Positions 1-14,164 of a DNA stretch of 64,000 bases are shown piece by piece. Origin of the DNA: Lytechinus pictus. Taxonomy: Eukaryota. The notes below the pieces were generated by a model, which made no database searches, was not told the origin of the DNA, and was given only the letters and a program-made list of their open reading frames with translations. The DNA is taken from contig NC_087250.1 of the NCBI RefSeq assembly GCF_037042905.1, positions 20,648,001-20,712,000 on the forward strand, written 5' to 3'. Each line of letters starts with the position of its first letter. Position 1 is the first letter of the stretch. The position numbers and the translations under genes were made by a program.

Positions 1-133
1 ATAAGGGCTCAGCTGAGTAGGGCTATCCATCAAATTTTATTTTATCATGTATTATATTATCATGATTATGTTGTAATTTTATATGTATTGTTTTTGTATT
101 GGCAAATAAAATAAAAAATAATAAATGAAATCA

Positions 134-517
134 AAAGCCAATTCCTCCAATTGACAACTCGTCTATCATTTGGCCTGTCATCAGTTCGTCCAACATCCAA
201 ATGGTCTAATTGCCATTTCGTCCACTCACCATTTCGTTAAATAACCAGTCGGTCCAATAGCCATTTTGTCCATATAGTATTTGGTCTAATTAGACTAAGT
301 GTTAATTGGGCAAATGAATGAAAATAAAACGAATATTAGACTTGTTAGACCAACTGGTTATGAGACGAAATGGTCATAGACAAGCTGGTGATTAGACGAA
401 GTGATGACTGGACCAAATGGTTTCAAACGATTTTTTGATGGATGGAATAGCGTACGAATAAATGACAGTAGACCATGTGGTAAGTGGACGAGTTGGAAAT
501 CGGACGAACTGGCAATT
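134..517. mobile_element. MITE-like element built of short internal repeats
   Basis: Imperfect TIR gccaattcctccaattgacaactcgtc / gacgagttggaaatcggacgaactggc. Confidence 0.6.
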
Positions 518-1007
518 TAACGAATTACACAGGTACTTTCCTCAAAATTTTATCCAGGAACTTCTGATTTTTAACGATGTAAGGGTTATCATGCCTCTGC
601 GAGTAATACCTGAAATTCGTTCATAAATATTTCCCAAAAATATCAAAATATTAATTCTCCAAAATATTAAACTAAGAAACTATTAAATGCGTAAATTATC
701 AAGCATATTTCCTTAAAATTATAATCCGTTTTCAGGAAGATATTTGCAGTTCAATGTATTTTATATTTCTAATGTCTTATGTAAATTTCTTGTCAAAACG
801 TCTCTGTAACATATGTGTTACTATATTACGTGTATATTATTATGCAGAAGAAATATAAATCAATCAAATTAAATCTAAGGAAACGGCAGTCAAGTAATTT
901 GTTTTTCATGAAAAAATCACATTATATCATGGATATGTATGTTTTGATATTCAGGATTAGTCCAATGTCTATTGAATGAATCATGTATGTTATAAGCATC
1001 ACTAATA

Positions 1008-1725
1008 AACTCCTCAAAAAAAGTTTGGAAATCTGACTTTGATCGATAATTCCTCATCGGCTTTTAGTAAATATCAATGTGTAATTAATATCAATGAACA
1101 AATCATTTAATTTCCTTTAAAATTATACCCTACATGATGTGTGATTATCGTTCACATGGAGGTGCAGTGCCTTGAAATGTGGGGCAAGGTCAAAATTCAA
1201 AAGTTGCAAAATGACACAATATTGAAAGTCACTCTTCTTTTTTCAGTGGTGATGAGTGGGTTTCTCATCGGTTTCTTTTAATTATTTTCATGCACCTTAA
1301 CGTCAACATTAACATGGAATCAAACACACCTCTGCACAAGCAAACACATAACAAACAAACATGCATGGGTATTTCAAACCACGACTAAAACCATGTCATC
1401 TCACAGTCACAAAACCATCACTACAGAAGCAGGGGCTTGATTTGAATGGATTTTCAGCATGTCTATTGACACAGACAAAGGAATCATGTTCTGTATTGAC
1501 CCTTCATGACTATTTCTGCTCGTTTTGCAGCTTTTCAATTTAGACCTCATCCAACACTTTTGAATCCTGCTCCTGCTCTTGATGGCATGATCAAAACAAG
1601 CATGGTATCATTTGAAAGAAAATTAAATGATCTTTTGAATGATGTAAAACTATGCATTGTGTAAAATTGGGAGTTGGGAAAAATTAATGGCCAAACACAG
1701 ATTTCCAAACTTTTTTTGAGGGGTT
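1008..1725. mobile_element. TA-TSD (Tc1/mariner-like) non-autonomous element, copy 1
   Basis: TIR aactcctcaaaaaaagtttggaaatctg; TA flanks; second copy at 50341-51068. Confidence 0.88.
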
Positions 1726-1731
1726 TAGAAA

Positions 1732-1840
1732 CAGGGACCTGGGAACGATTTTTTCAGTGGGGGTGCTGAAATCTCTCCTCAGAGGTGGGGGGGGGGGGCA
1801 GACACAATTGAGTTAAACATAATTACACACACACACATAC

Positions 1841-1894
<54 letters not shown>

Positions 1895-4017
1895 TACATC
1901 TATATGACAGTCACTTCTTGGCTTTCTTCTTATAAAAGAACATAAATATATAATTAGATAATTCGAGCGCGAAGCGCGAGCTATTTTTTGTGGAAATATC
2001 ATGTATTTTGTCCTGAAAATTGAACATTTTGAGCAATGTTTGTGGTCCAAGATGCGTATGTAACAAATAATAATTGTGAGGCGAGCAGATATTTTTTTTA
2101 TATACGCTCTGGCCTGATCGAAAGGGACGTGTTATAAGGACTGTTTTGCAGTTACCCATGAAGACGATACATATGTCAACAATCAAATAATGCGAGCGCG
2201 AAACGCGAGCTGAAAAATTTGACATTCCGACCTAAATACTGGACATTCTAAGCACGTTTTTTATCATGAGCAGGATAGGTATATTTACAATTGATGCGAG
2301 CGCGAAGCGCGAGCGGAAACAAAATTGAGATTTCAGACCAAAAAAACGAGAGATTCTAAGTACTTTTTTAATCATGATGAGTATAGGTATAAAACTATAC
2401 AATTGATGCAAGCGCGAAGCGCGAGCGGAAATGAAAATAAGATTTCAAACCTAAAAACGAGACATCTTATGCACTTTTCTAATCATGAACATGATAGGTA
2501 TATAACTATACAACTAATGCGAGCGCAAAGCGCGAGCGGAAACAAAATTGAGATTTCAGACCTGAAAACGGGACATTCTATTCATGTTTTGTAAATCAAG
2601 AAAATGATGGGTAATTGGATATATTCTTAAATTAATAATGTGAGCGCGAAGCGCGAGCAGAACATTTTTGATATTCTGATCTGAAACTCCACACTGAATG
2701 TAAAATGGTTTGATCAGATAAAGAAAACTCAGACGAACATAAGAATAAAGATTTGATCAAAATCAGACAAGGAATCACAGTTATTGCATTTTAAAGATTA
2801 GCATTATTCCCCACTTGTTCTTTTGTATTTTATTATATAAAATTAGGTTTATTCAATATTTTCCTTTCAAGAACCAAAACAGTTGAATTGACAACTGATT
2901 TAGTCCATTAGATATTCTTTGCTGCAACTTATTTCATTATAAGGGAGACATATCATTCATTCTGGTATGAAAAAATAAAACAATTTTGATTCCACAAGGA
3001 ACAGCTAGGAAAGTGGGGATGTGACAGCATCAGCCCACCTATTGAATATTCATGACGACATGCATATCACCATTTTCATGAAATATTGCTAAACTTTAGA
3101 ATTAAATAACTTAACTAATCGTTATCAGATTTTGATAAAATTTATTTATTTTGATAAAATGTATTTGATATAAATATTTCCAGCCCGGAGTACCCCCCCC
3201 TCCCCAAATCAAGCTGCGTATCTGAATAAAACATGCGTGCGCGTGTTTAGAGTTAGACCTAGTATCTGCGCATTCTAAATACATTTTTTATGATAAAAAT
3301 CAATAATGCGAGCGCGAAGCGCGAGCAGAAAACATTTGATATTCCGATCTGAAAGAGGGTGAATTTAAACACTATTTCAAGTAATGTGTCGGAAAATTCT
3401 GAAGTGGGGGGGGGGGGGGGGGTTCTACAAAACGTCGTTCATTTTCATTACATTTCAGTCATTTATCATACTTACCACTAGATTTCCAGGAGGTGCGCTG
3501 CCTATATATCATGATATGGAAAATAACACACGCAGCACCCCCAAATTTTGGGGGTGCTTCACCCCGAACACCCCCGCTTCCCAGCCCGCAGGGCCATGGG
3601 GCAGGGCAAAAAAAGACTGTGAATTTTGATTTCTATTACTTGTAATTTATACACGTACACGGGCGGTCGGGCGCGCGCTCACTTGATTCGACATAAAACC
3701 TGGAAGTTTCAAGTCCAACCACCCCAGTGTGTATCACGTATTGCGCCCGACTACGTCTGTATCGGAGTGCTGCCCCGCTGGAGCTTGATTGAGTCGCGTT
3801 ATATAGGAGGGATGTTATTGGAATATGTGAAAGACTATGTAAATGATTTGCGATTGTCTGATGTGATAATTATGTACATTATAACATATTTAAAAAATAC
3901 AGGGGGAACCTGATTTCGTGGGGGGTGCTGCCTATGGAAAATAATACACGCAGCACCCCCAGGATAATTTCTGGGGGTGCTTCAGCACCCCAAGCACCCC
4001 CGCTTCTCAGGTCCCTG
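1732..4017. mobile_element. hAT-like composite non-autonomous element (2.3 kb)
   Basis: 8-bp TSD tttagaaa (1724-1731, 4018-4025); TIR cagggacctgggaa / ttctcaggtccctg; internal GCGAGCGCGAAGCGCGAGC array and duplicated right end (~3490-3590). Confidence 0.85.
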
Positions 4018-4877
4018 TTTAGAAATGGATGATCTCATCAGCAGCTATCTTTATGAATTTACTGTTTGAATGATAAGAGACCGATCAAAAATATTCATTA
4101 ATGAGGACTTCTAGCTAATATTCCTGCGTCATTCCAATCTTGAGAAATTTTCTTTTTGTTTCGGAATCATTTGGTATCCGATATCAGTCTACACCTTCTC
4201 ATTGTAAATATTGAGCATTGTATAAAGGAACTATGATACCAGCATAATAAGACATGCGTTAATGTCTATGTGACAAAGAATTCAAATTTTGGAAATGAGC
4301 AATCCTTGGCAATCTGAACAACATATTGACACGAAGGGGAAAAAAAAAAGAATTTTTTTCTTCTATACTTTGCCTTAATGAATAAAGATTATAGGGCAAT
4401 AAAGGTCTTTGAGCTATATGAAAACAATAAAGAAATCGGAAGGAAAAAAAACATGACAAAAGGTATAAAAGGAAAATGATACTTACTTTTTTTTTCTTCG
4501 AAAAACAGTCGGAGTTTCAACCCATTCCAAACGCTGATGGCTATACCCTTTCCGTTACTTCGAGTACTTAGACCAGCTCCGAAATACTGAGCTAATTCTA
4601 AAATAGATTTGTTCCCAGCTTTAGTAATTTTATATTTCGCTCCGGCGATGGCTATTCGAGCATGACCATGTTTGTCATTTTTATATTTCATTTTCTTTGC
4701 ATCGAAGAACAACTGTTGCCGACGGCATCAACATAATAATGATAGATTATTATATGATAATCAATAATCTCTCCCTCTCGCGTGTCCCCGTTTCACCCCC
4801 ATCTCGTTCCTAATCGATATTGATAGTATTTCTTTACCCCCCTCTACTCCCCCCTATATTCTTCGTCAGTGTCATTG

Positions 4878-5312
4878 TCTCTCTCTCTCTTTCTTTGATT
4901 TCATTCTTTTTTTAAATGCCTCCATTTTCCCCCTTCTTTCTTTCTTTCTTTCTTTTATTTTTTCTTTCTTCCTTCCTTCATTTCATTCTTTCTTATTTCT
5001 TTTTCCTTTCTTTTATTGCTGTTATTATTTTTTCTTTCTTTCTTTCTTTCTTTTTTATTTCTTTCTATTTCTCTTTTTTTCTTTTTAGCTTTCTTTCTTC
5101 AGTTTTTCTTCTTTCTGTAAGTCTGTCTTTCTTTTTTTATTCTTCATTCCATTCTTTCTTTCTTTCTTTCTTTCCTTTTTTTTTTTTTCTTTCTTTCTTT
5201 CCTTTTTTTCTTGTTTTTTCTTTCTTGTTTTCTTTTTCTTTCTTTCTTTCTTTCTTTCTTTCTTTTTTCTTACTTTCTTTCTTTCTTTTTTCTTACTTTC
5301 TTTCTTTCTTTC
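4878..5312. repeat. (CTTT)n low-complexity tract
   Basis: Direct inspection. Confidence 0.95.
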
Positions 5313-6371
5313 ACCTACATAATGTTAAGCAGTTTTCGTTGTAACCTTTTCTGTACAACAAAACATCTTCCCATCAGTATAGCATAATTCAACCCTTTAC
5401 CAGGATATTGTAATAAAGATGATATATCATTTCCCAATGATTCTTTCCAGACTAAAGATGCCTAACATTATTTCATTCACACTGAATTTAAATTTCGAAC
5501 AAAACGGAGCTTCCCGAATATATACCACTGACTGCGGTACATGTTGTTTTACAAACCTATTTCCGATATGAAGCTCTATCAATTGAAAATTCTTGAAGAT
5601 ATTGTGTCAGGAGAAAATAAGCATCCCGAAGCATGGTTCAAATATTCGGTGTATACATATCTTTATGGCAATTAGCAAGTTAAACAAAAAAGTATATTTT
5701 TAAAGTAAACTATCGCACAGTTTTCTTTTCTTGATGCCACAAAGCGAGACCCGCGATGTAAAACCTTTGGTAAAATCTTGAACTCGATGCGAGCTGACAT
5801 ACATGTAACCCAGCAATCAAAAGAATACCGTATCCACTGTCATGAGCGTTTATGCCATATAAAGAAAACTTTATAGAGCAGAGTTAATTAAAATACTTCA
5901 TAACAATAAAGATAAATGGCGCATAATCAATAATTGATAAATGATGTTATTGATTCGCCCACGCAGTATGATTTTCGGGCACCACCCCCGATGAAGTTTA
6001 GGATATTAATAACGACTTTCGAGTTATCGATTTTGTATGTTTTTCCTTTGGAGATACTCCCAATTTTTGAAGGGTATCAATGACACCAAAAGGACCTGTT
6101 TGTTTGTATTGTTTGTTTGTATTTATTTCCATATAAAAATAAAATATATACATGCTCAATTTAACATAACGTACAGATCATATGGAGGATGGCCCATTTC
6201 AGCGGTATTAATAAGATACCACTGCTCTTCCATGGGGTCCTTTGCTGTTTCGAACAGAATGGGGAAAAAGGAGAGGAAAGAAAATAAAATGGAGAAAAGA
6301 AAGAAAGGAGACTCAGTATAAAGTATATCCATAGATATATATGTGGATTGTATAGAATGTTCACGAATGTA

Positions 6372-6668
6372 CATCGGAGGAAATCTCTCCCCAAAGGTAG
6401 GGACCCTCCCCCCAAAAAATGTTATCACCCCAAATGTAAGGTCATTTCGACCAAAATAAATTGGACAAGCAAGCAGGCAAAGAAAAAAGGTTATCACAAA
6501 AAAGTAAGGTCATCTCGTCTACAATACATGTTTCATTTCGGAATAATGTATTTCTTTCCATCATAAAAGACCAAAAAAAGTAGGGGGACATTTTATATTG
6601 TGTCCCCCCTTCTATATTCGGTAGGGGGGACGCGTCCCCTTGCCCACCCCCTGGAATTTCCGCCCGTG
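6372..6668. mobile_element. hAT-like MITE (same family as 42446-42768, opposite orientation)
   Basis: TSD cgaatgta/caaatgta (7/8); matching internal sequence. Confidence 0.8.
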
Positions 6669-7050
6669 CAAATGTACCTATGCAGTTTTTATGATGTTTT
6701 TTTTTAATGTTCTTGGTTTTTCATGTTTTTTGTCTTCTTTTTAGTTTCCGTGACCTCCCTCTCTTCCCCCCTCTTTCCCCTTTCTCTCAACTAGGTCATT
6801 CTGCAATGCATTTTTACAACTCTCTCCCTCGACTCCGTCACTTTTATTTCTCTTATCAATCCCTTTGTATTCATGAAATACGTAGGTCCCATGCAAAGTT
6901 GAATTCCATAATTATTGATGCCATTCAATCATGAAGGTACTTGTAGCTATGTGTTTTTTTTAATGAATTGTTATGATATTGTAAATTGGCCCTTTCAGCC
7001 CTGCTGTTGACAAATATTTATATTTGCATTTTATACAAATAAATAAATGC

Positions 7051-7059
7051 ATAAATAAA

Positions 7060-7132
<73 letters not shown>

Positions 7133-7150
7133 GAGTAAGTAAATAAATAA
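7051..7150. repeat. (TAAG)n/(TAAA)n microsatellite
   Basis: Direct inspection. Confidence 0.95.
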
Positions 7151-9065
7151 ATGAATGAATAAATAGTAATGATTATATTAAAAAGAAAGTTCAGTGGTCA
7201 TTCATTTTCTCTATACTATATACTCCTATCATTAAAGTTCGAAAAGTTACCTAACTATAGATCGCCTTGCTACCCTCCCTTATTTCTGTATAAAACTGCT
7301 GTATAAGATGTATTGTATGTATAAAGGGTATATTCATTTTTTGTGATGATGTTTTACGATAAAGTCATTTACGTCAAACTTTATTTTAACAATTACGTTA
7401 TTTTTGAAAATGTATACATATCTGCATTATTTTTATGTTTATTTGAACAAGTGAATAGGCTAAACTCTTTGTCATAGATATTGTATTAATAAAATAATTT
7501 GAAAGCATTGGCGTAAATGTTATGAAAATTATACATTTTTAGCTTACAGAGATTCTTCACCAAAATCACAAATACTCACAATTTAAATTATGCAATTTAA
7601 AAATACTCTAATTACAACATTTCGAGAAAAAAAAAACGATCAAAGAATAATAGTAAAGTGATTGTCATTATTTGCGCACAGTTCGACTAATTTACATTCT
7701 CAAGTGAGTTGAATAATGCCGCTTTTTTCTACATTTACACCGGCAGGAGATGAAACTTGAAATAACATATCATAATTTCATCCTCCACCGCACAATTTAA
7801 GATAATATCAATGTTTCCACGGGTCCATTTTAGTTAATCAATAACAATACAAGATATTATCAATGCTCCCACGGGTACAGTGTAGTTAATCAATAACTTC
7901 AATATCGATTACCCCCTACAGTGTGATATCGATATTTGTCACAACATTGCCCCACGGTGATATTACCATTATTGCCCCATGTACTGGACTTCGGTTTAAC
8001 TTTGTGTCTGAAATGAGTTCTTTTCTGATTTCAAGGAGAGAGAGGGGGGGGGGATTTCAGGGGAGATAAAAATTAAGTTTCCTTTTGTTGCTCTTCACAT
8101 GGTAATTCTTTTTTTTCGTAATTTGAATGATGATTCCAGTGGAAAATAAGGCTAATTACGAATTCTTAGCACGTGTGAAACCAAACTAGAATCACGAACG
8201 CTAATCACAAGCAAGAATTCAAATTTTACTCCGGAGGTGAATTCCATTTAAGTTTCACTCAAATTACGGTACGAATTTTACGTGTGAAAGGCTTGACCTT
8301 CAAAACATCTTTTGGAGCGGAGCTTGCGTGTCCTTTCAAGCACTTCCGTAGATAACACAATTGTTAAGCACTCATCGTATTGATGCAATGCTTTGATTGA
8401 CAAGTCACCAAGGGCACATCCCGCCTTCGCTCGGAATTTTCCAAATTCAAATCACAGTTTTTGAGTGAGCGTGTGAAAGGTCTGAGGGTGCTAAAGACGA
8501 ATTGCAATCATCAATACAATAATGATCCAAGATTCACGTGTGAAATGCCCTAACGAAGCGGGGATGCTGGTTTGGTATATAAATAATGGTGACAAGCAAA
8601 AATGAAAAAAAAAAAAAAAAAAAAGAGAAGAGAAATAAAGAAAAGGGGTTTTCAATCAGAAATGAAAGAGATTTTGGTCAGAAAAACCGACAAGCAAAAG
8701 GAAAAAAAAGGTTTTCGATCAAAAAATGAAAGAGATTGGTCAAACTTCTACATTTTAGCATAGCAACCTGATTCCAGGGGATGCTGCCTATGGTGTGGAA
8801 CATTCGTTCCATCTCACATAAATCGGGGGGGGGGGGCTGCCTCACCACCTCCAGCACCCCGCTTCCCAGGGCCTCTCAATTAAAGAAAATGAAATCTATA
8901 GAGGGCGTATTTTCATAAGATTTTTTTTTTCATTGAGTTGTGACTGAAATAGGAAACATGGCAAATGTGACTGGAAGCCTGAATTGTGCCCGTGATAGTT
9001 TTAGGATGGCGCTGTTTAGAAAGGCACTTTCATGTATATTGAGCAAAACACTCGGTAATAATTAT

Positions 9066-9266
9066 GGTGACACGATATTTGCTCCAGCGACAATTGGTCC
9101 GGGCTTTATTACGTCTATGATATACATGTAGGGTTTGGGTTTCAACAGGGTTTTCTGCTTGGTTTAAGATAGGGCATAGTGTTAAATCCATGGTTGAAAT
9201 TAGTCATTCCATTGGTGCTTTGAATTGCACCGGAGCAATTGTCGCCGGAGCAAATATCATGGAACC
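9066..9266. mobile_element. MITE (copy in opposite orientation at 47226-47424)
   Basis: TIR gatatttgctccagcgacaattg / caattgtcgccggagcaaatatc. Confidence 0.75.
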
Positions 9267-10946
9267 TGCAGTATTTATAGTATAGTTACAAAGCTGAAAT
9301 ACGATGTGAGGTTCTAACAAACATTGCAAAAGGGGAAAAAATATTGAACAGCAGTCCAACAGCAAGGGTGAGAGGTAATTAAAACAAGTTGTCGCAAAAA
9401 GTCTCTCCGATAATTTGAGGACAATCTGTTCACAACCTTGAATTTTACATTGAAACGCATTAGTCCAGTGATGTAGTTTAGCCAAAGTATGTATTGTTGC
9501 TTGCAAGTCGACCCTTATTAATGATATATTAAAAATAGCTCTTTGTGTTGTTTATCAACATTAACGGCGTAGTCAAATTGCAAAGTACAGCTTATTAACA
9601 TTCATGACCTTGTAACAAAATACTGATGTGCCAGTATCCATTAATTTATATTTATTATGATTGGCTGATAGTAAAACAGTTATAGAATAATAATAGCTTG
9701 AGTTTATAAAACGACTTTTGCCTGAGGATACAAAGCGCTGCGATCATTATCATTATTATCATTATTATCATTATCATTAATATCATCATCATCATTATTG
9801 TTATCATTATAATTATTATCATTATCATATTATTATAGTAATAATATTAATAATAATTATTATTATTATTGTTTTTATCAATATAATAGGTTTTCCCGTC
9901 CAATTTCATGTAGGAGTCACTTACATGATGTGCATGTTAACATGTCAATTACGTCTTGTTCGCCGGCATAGACCATGCACATGTAGTGTCTGATCAAAGG
10001 GGGCGTGGTTATTCCATGCATGATCAACGTATACCTATATACTAGTACTCCTACGCCCGGTATTCAGGTTATTTCATTGATATAAACTGATATGATTGAT
10101 GTGAGCTTACAAAATTCTTATTTTGCAAATGAGTCCTAATATGAAAACACGCATGTACCCAAGTATCTGGTCAGAGAGGGCGGGGTTATACATGCATGAT
10201 CAATCTTTATTGTGACACAAGACTTGAATATTCGATAGGGGATAGACGGGTTGATTTCACATTGTATGTGACCAGTTATATTGATTTGTCCAATTTGTTA
10301 AATTCAATATGTGTGCCTATACACACATCATGTATACAGCGCTCCCTGATCAGAGGAGGTGTGGCTATTTCATGCATGATTTGACGTACCTTTAAAAACG
10401 CGCGACTGATCGTGTACTTCAAGGCAGATAGATAAGCGCTTCGAAACAGACTTCATTATTTCCCAATACAAGACAGGCCCATACGCATAATTATCCATAA
10501 ATATTAAACTAGCACACAAACATTCACCTATCTGATCAGGGAGGGCGTGGCTATTCAAACTTTACGCCTTCTGTGTTAATACATGGAATTAATGGGAGTG
10601 ATTTTATCATGCCAATTAATACATACTAGATCTTTGACTATCAATACAAATCCGTAAGCATATTTTTGGGTTTGCTTTTAATTCATTTGTATTATGATCG
10701 TTTATTATTTATGTGTAATGATCTCAACTCATGTATCTATGTACTTAGGTGGTTGAGCTCTGCCGTTCTGCATCCTATATTGTATATGCTGACCAAGATG
10801 GGTCTTATTATTTTTGTAGACATATTTTTCATTTATATTAACTGCACATCAGCACCACAGTTACACACACATGCACCCTCACCACAAGCACGATCGCAGT
10901 ATATCCCCTTACATAATCTCTGGTACTTTACATTTCATCAATTTGG

Positions 10947-13900
10947 ATGAATTCACTCTCCTTTATTCCTGACAATTTAATAGACAATTCACACAACAGT
11001 AAATATTACACACTTCAAGAATTTAACAACATATTTAGTAGTAATCATGATATTTCTCTTTTACACGCAAATTTAAGAAGTCTGAATAGAAACTTCGAAT
11101 ATTTTGAAAATCTCTTGCACACGTTAAACAATTTCAACTTTTCTGTTATTGGTATTAGCGAGACATGGCTACATGAACATTCACCAGATTTGTTTAATTT
11201 ACCAGATTATAAACTGATTAGGGCAGACCGCAAATGAAAAAGAGGTGGAGGGGTAGCATTCTATATAGCCGAAAAACTAAAATTTAAGATCCGTTCCGAT
11301 GTGAAACTCTTAAATGCTGAGTCTTTGTTTATTGAAATTGAAAACACAGAATTTAAAAATGTCGTCATAGGTCTAATCTATCGACCACCAGGTTCTAATT
11401 TTGATTCTTTTTATGAGGAAACAGAGCAATATCTCCATATAATAAGTAATGAAAATAAAAATTGTTTTATTTTTGGTGATTTTAATATCAATTTCCTACC
11501 CTCAGTCGACAATAATAAATCAAACAATTTCATGAAACTAATGTACTCATTTGGTTTCCATTCATTTATAAATAATTTCACTAGAATCAGCCCAAATTCA
11601 TCAACTCAAATTGACAACATTTTTTCCAACGTACATAACATGAACAACAAAATGATAGGTGGAATTCTATGCTCTGAAGTTTCAGACCACTTACCAATTT
11701 TTCTAACCTGTGAGTTAAAACTACCTTACATCAAAACATTTAACCAACATACATATAGAAGAGAATCCACTAGCGTACCTACGGGGGGGGGGCACTCTGC
11801 CCCCCCTGACGAGATTTTGAAGCACTTTTTTTTTTTTTTATTTTTTTTTTTTATTTTTTTTTTTTTTGCTTGTCAAATTTTTTCTGGTACGAAAATCTTT
11901 ATTTTGTATTGATGACCCCCTTTTTTTTTTTTTTTTTTTTTTTTTTTGCTTGTCAAATTTTTGGGCGGCCAATTTTGCCCCCCTGTGAAAAATCCTAGGT
12001 ACGCCACTGAGAGAATCTAAACGTAATATTGAATTATTGAAACAAGACTTAATAATTGAGGAATGGGAGGATGTCTATAATGAAGATGACGCAAACACAT
12101 CATATAATCACTTTAATGATAAATTACAACATTATTATGATAAGAATATCCCAATAGGTAGAATGAAAAATAATCGAAAAAAAATCCCCAAACTTCCCTG
12201 GATAACAAGAGGTATATTGAAATCAATACATACACGTAATAGCCTTTACAAGTCGCATTTACGCAGACCGTCCGAAGCTAACTTAAAAACATATAAAGTA
12301 TATCGAAACAAATTGACAAAATTAATTCGTATATCCCGTAAAATGTATTATGCTAATAGAATAAAGGATGCCAGTTCAAACACTAATGCAACTTGGAAAA
12401 TCATTAAAGAGGTAATGGGAACAAAGACAGACCCCCCTCCTACTGATGATATGACTTTAAATGGTTCTAAAATTGACACTTCCCTTCATGCAAATTCATT
12501 TAATTCATTTTTCACAAATATCGGACCCAAACTTGCAAGCAAAATTAATAGCCCTAATGCGCGGTTCACCGACTATCTCCACGAATCAAATCCACATTCT
12601 ATATTTCTTAACCCAACGGACCCCACTGAAATTATCAACATTACACGGTCTATTAACAGTTCAAAATCACATGGACATGATATAATTAGTATGTCTCTTT
12701 TAAAAGAAATAATCCACCCACTTGCTAATCCTCTTAGTAATATTTTTAATAAATCATTATCACAAGGAGTTTTTCCCGACTTATTCAAAATTGCCAAAAT
12801 CAATCCAATTTTCAAAAAAAGACAATCCCCATGAAATTAGTAATTATCGCCCCATTTCTCTTCTCCCAACTATATCAAAAATCTTAGAAAAAATAGTATA
12901 TAATAGACTTTATAAATTCATTATCAAACACAATCTGCTAAATTCTAATCAATATGGCTTTAGGAAGAATTACTCAACAAACTTGGCATTAATTCAAATC
13001 TATGACAAAATTACAAACGCCATTGCTAACAAAGAACATGTCATTGGGATATTTTGTGACCTTAGTAAGGCATTCGATACACTTAATCACGACATTCTAC
13101 TCTCAAAACTCAACTTTTATGGCGTACGGGGTCAATCCCTTCTTTGGTTTAAAGATTACTTAAGAAATCGAAAACAATACGTCTCATTTAATGGTCACGA
13201 CTCTGATTCACTTTTAGTTCATTGTGGTGTCCCTCAAGGCTCCATCTTAGGCCCACTATTATTTTTAATATATGTAAATGACATTATTAATACATCATCC
13301 ATTTTATCTTTTGTATTATTCGCTGACGACACAAATATTTTTTTTTCTCATAAAAATCTCACTTCCTTATACAATATTTTAAATCATGAAATAAATAAAG
13401 TATCACAGTGGTTCAAAGCTAACAAATTATCTCTGAACACACAAAAAACTCATTACATATATTTTCAACATCATTCTCATAATTCTAACACTCAAATTCA
13501 CTTACAGATTGACGGCAAGTCATTAGAACGTAAAACGCACTCTAGATTTTTAGGGGTTATCATAGATGAAGCTTTATCTTGGAATGAGCATCTGCACCAT
13601 ATTACAATGTGTATTTCAAGAAGCATTGGAATTATTTCTAAGTTAAAATTTATCTTGCCTCTTAAAACTTTATTCCTATTGTATAATTCCTTAGTACTCC
13701 CGTACATAACCTATTGTAACGTTGTTTGGGCTAATTGTGGCTCTACAAAGCTGACTTCTATTTTTAGATTACAAAAGAGAATTATTCGCATTTGTACAGG
13801 ATCGCATTACCTGGCTCACACTGACCCTTTATTTTTCAAACAGAAAACACTGAAAGTTGCCGACTTGTACACTCTTCAAGTAGCTATCATTATGTTTAAG

Positions 13901-14164
13901 TATATCAATAATCTACTCCCATCGTCTTTTGATGACATGTTTAAGTTCAATAGTTCTGTCCATACCTACCCAACTCGTACATCTGGAAACTTTCATCTCA
14001 CAAACCCCAGACTGTTAATTACCTCTAAATCAATTCGACATCATGGTCCAGACATTTGGAATAATCTTGCAGACAATATTAAATCTTGTTCTACTTTATA
14101 CTCATTAAAATCAACTCTTAAAAAAAATATCATTCAATCTTATTCATCCGACACTTCAAATTGA
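10947..14164 (+). pseudogene. LINE ORF2 with in-frame TGA (11235-11237), MITE insertion (11768-12009) and +1 A frameshift (A7 at 12814-12820)
   Basis: Frames of ORFs 10947, 11301, 12037 and 12722 reconcile after removing 250 nt and one A. Confidence 0.9.
11768..12009. mobile_element. hAT-like MITE inserted in LINE ORF2
   Basis: 8-bp TSD agagaatc (11760-11767, 12010-12017); TIR cactagcgtaccta / taggtacgccactg. Confidence 0.92.

Noticed and set aside
4916..5344. 142-aa hydrophobic ORF
   Set aside because: Translation of a (CTTT)n tract
9989..10556. CRISPR array
   Set aside because: Repeats degenerate, spacers ~145 bp, no cas genes, eukaryotic context
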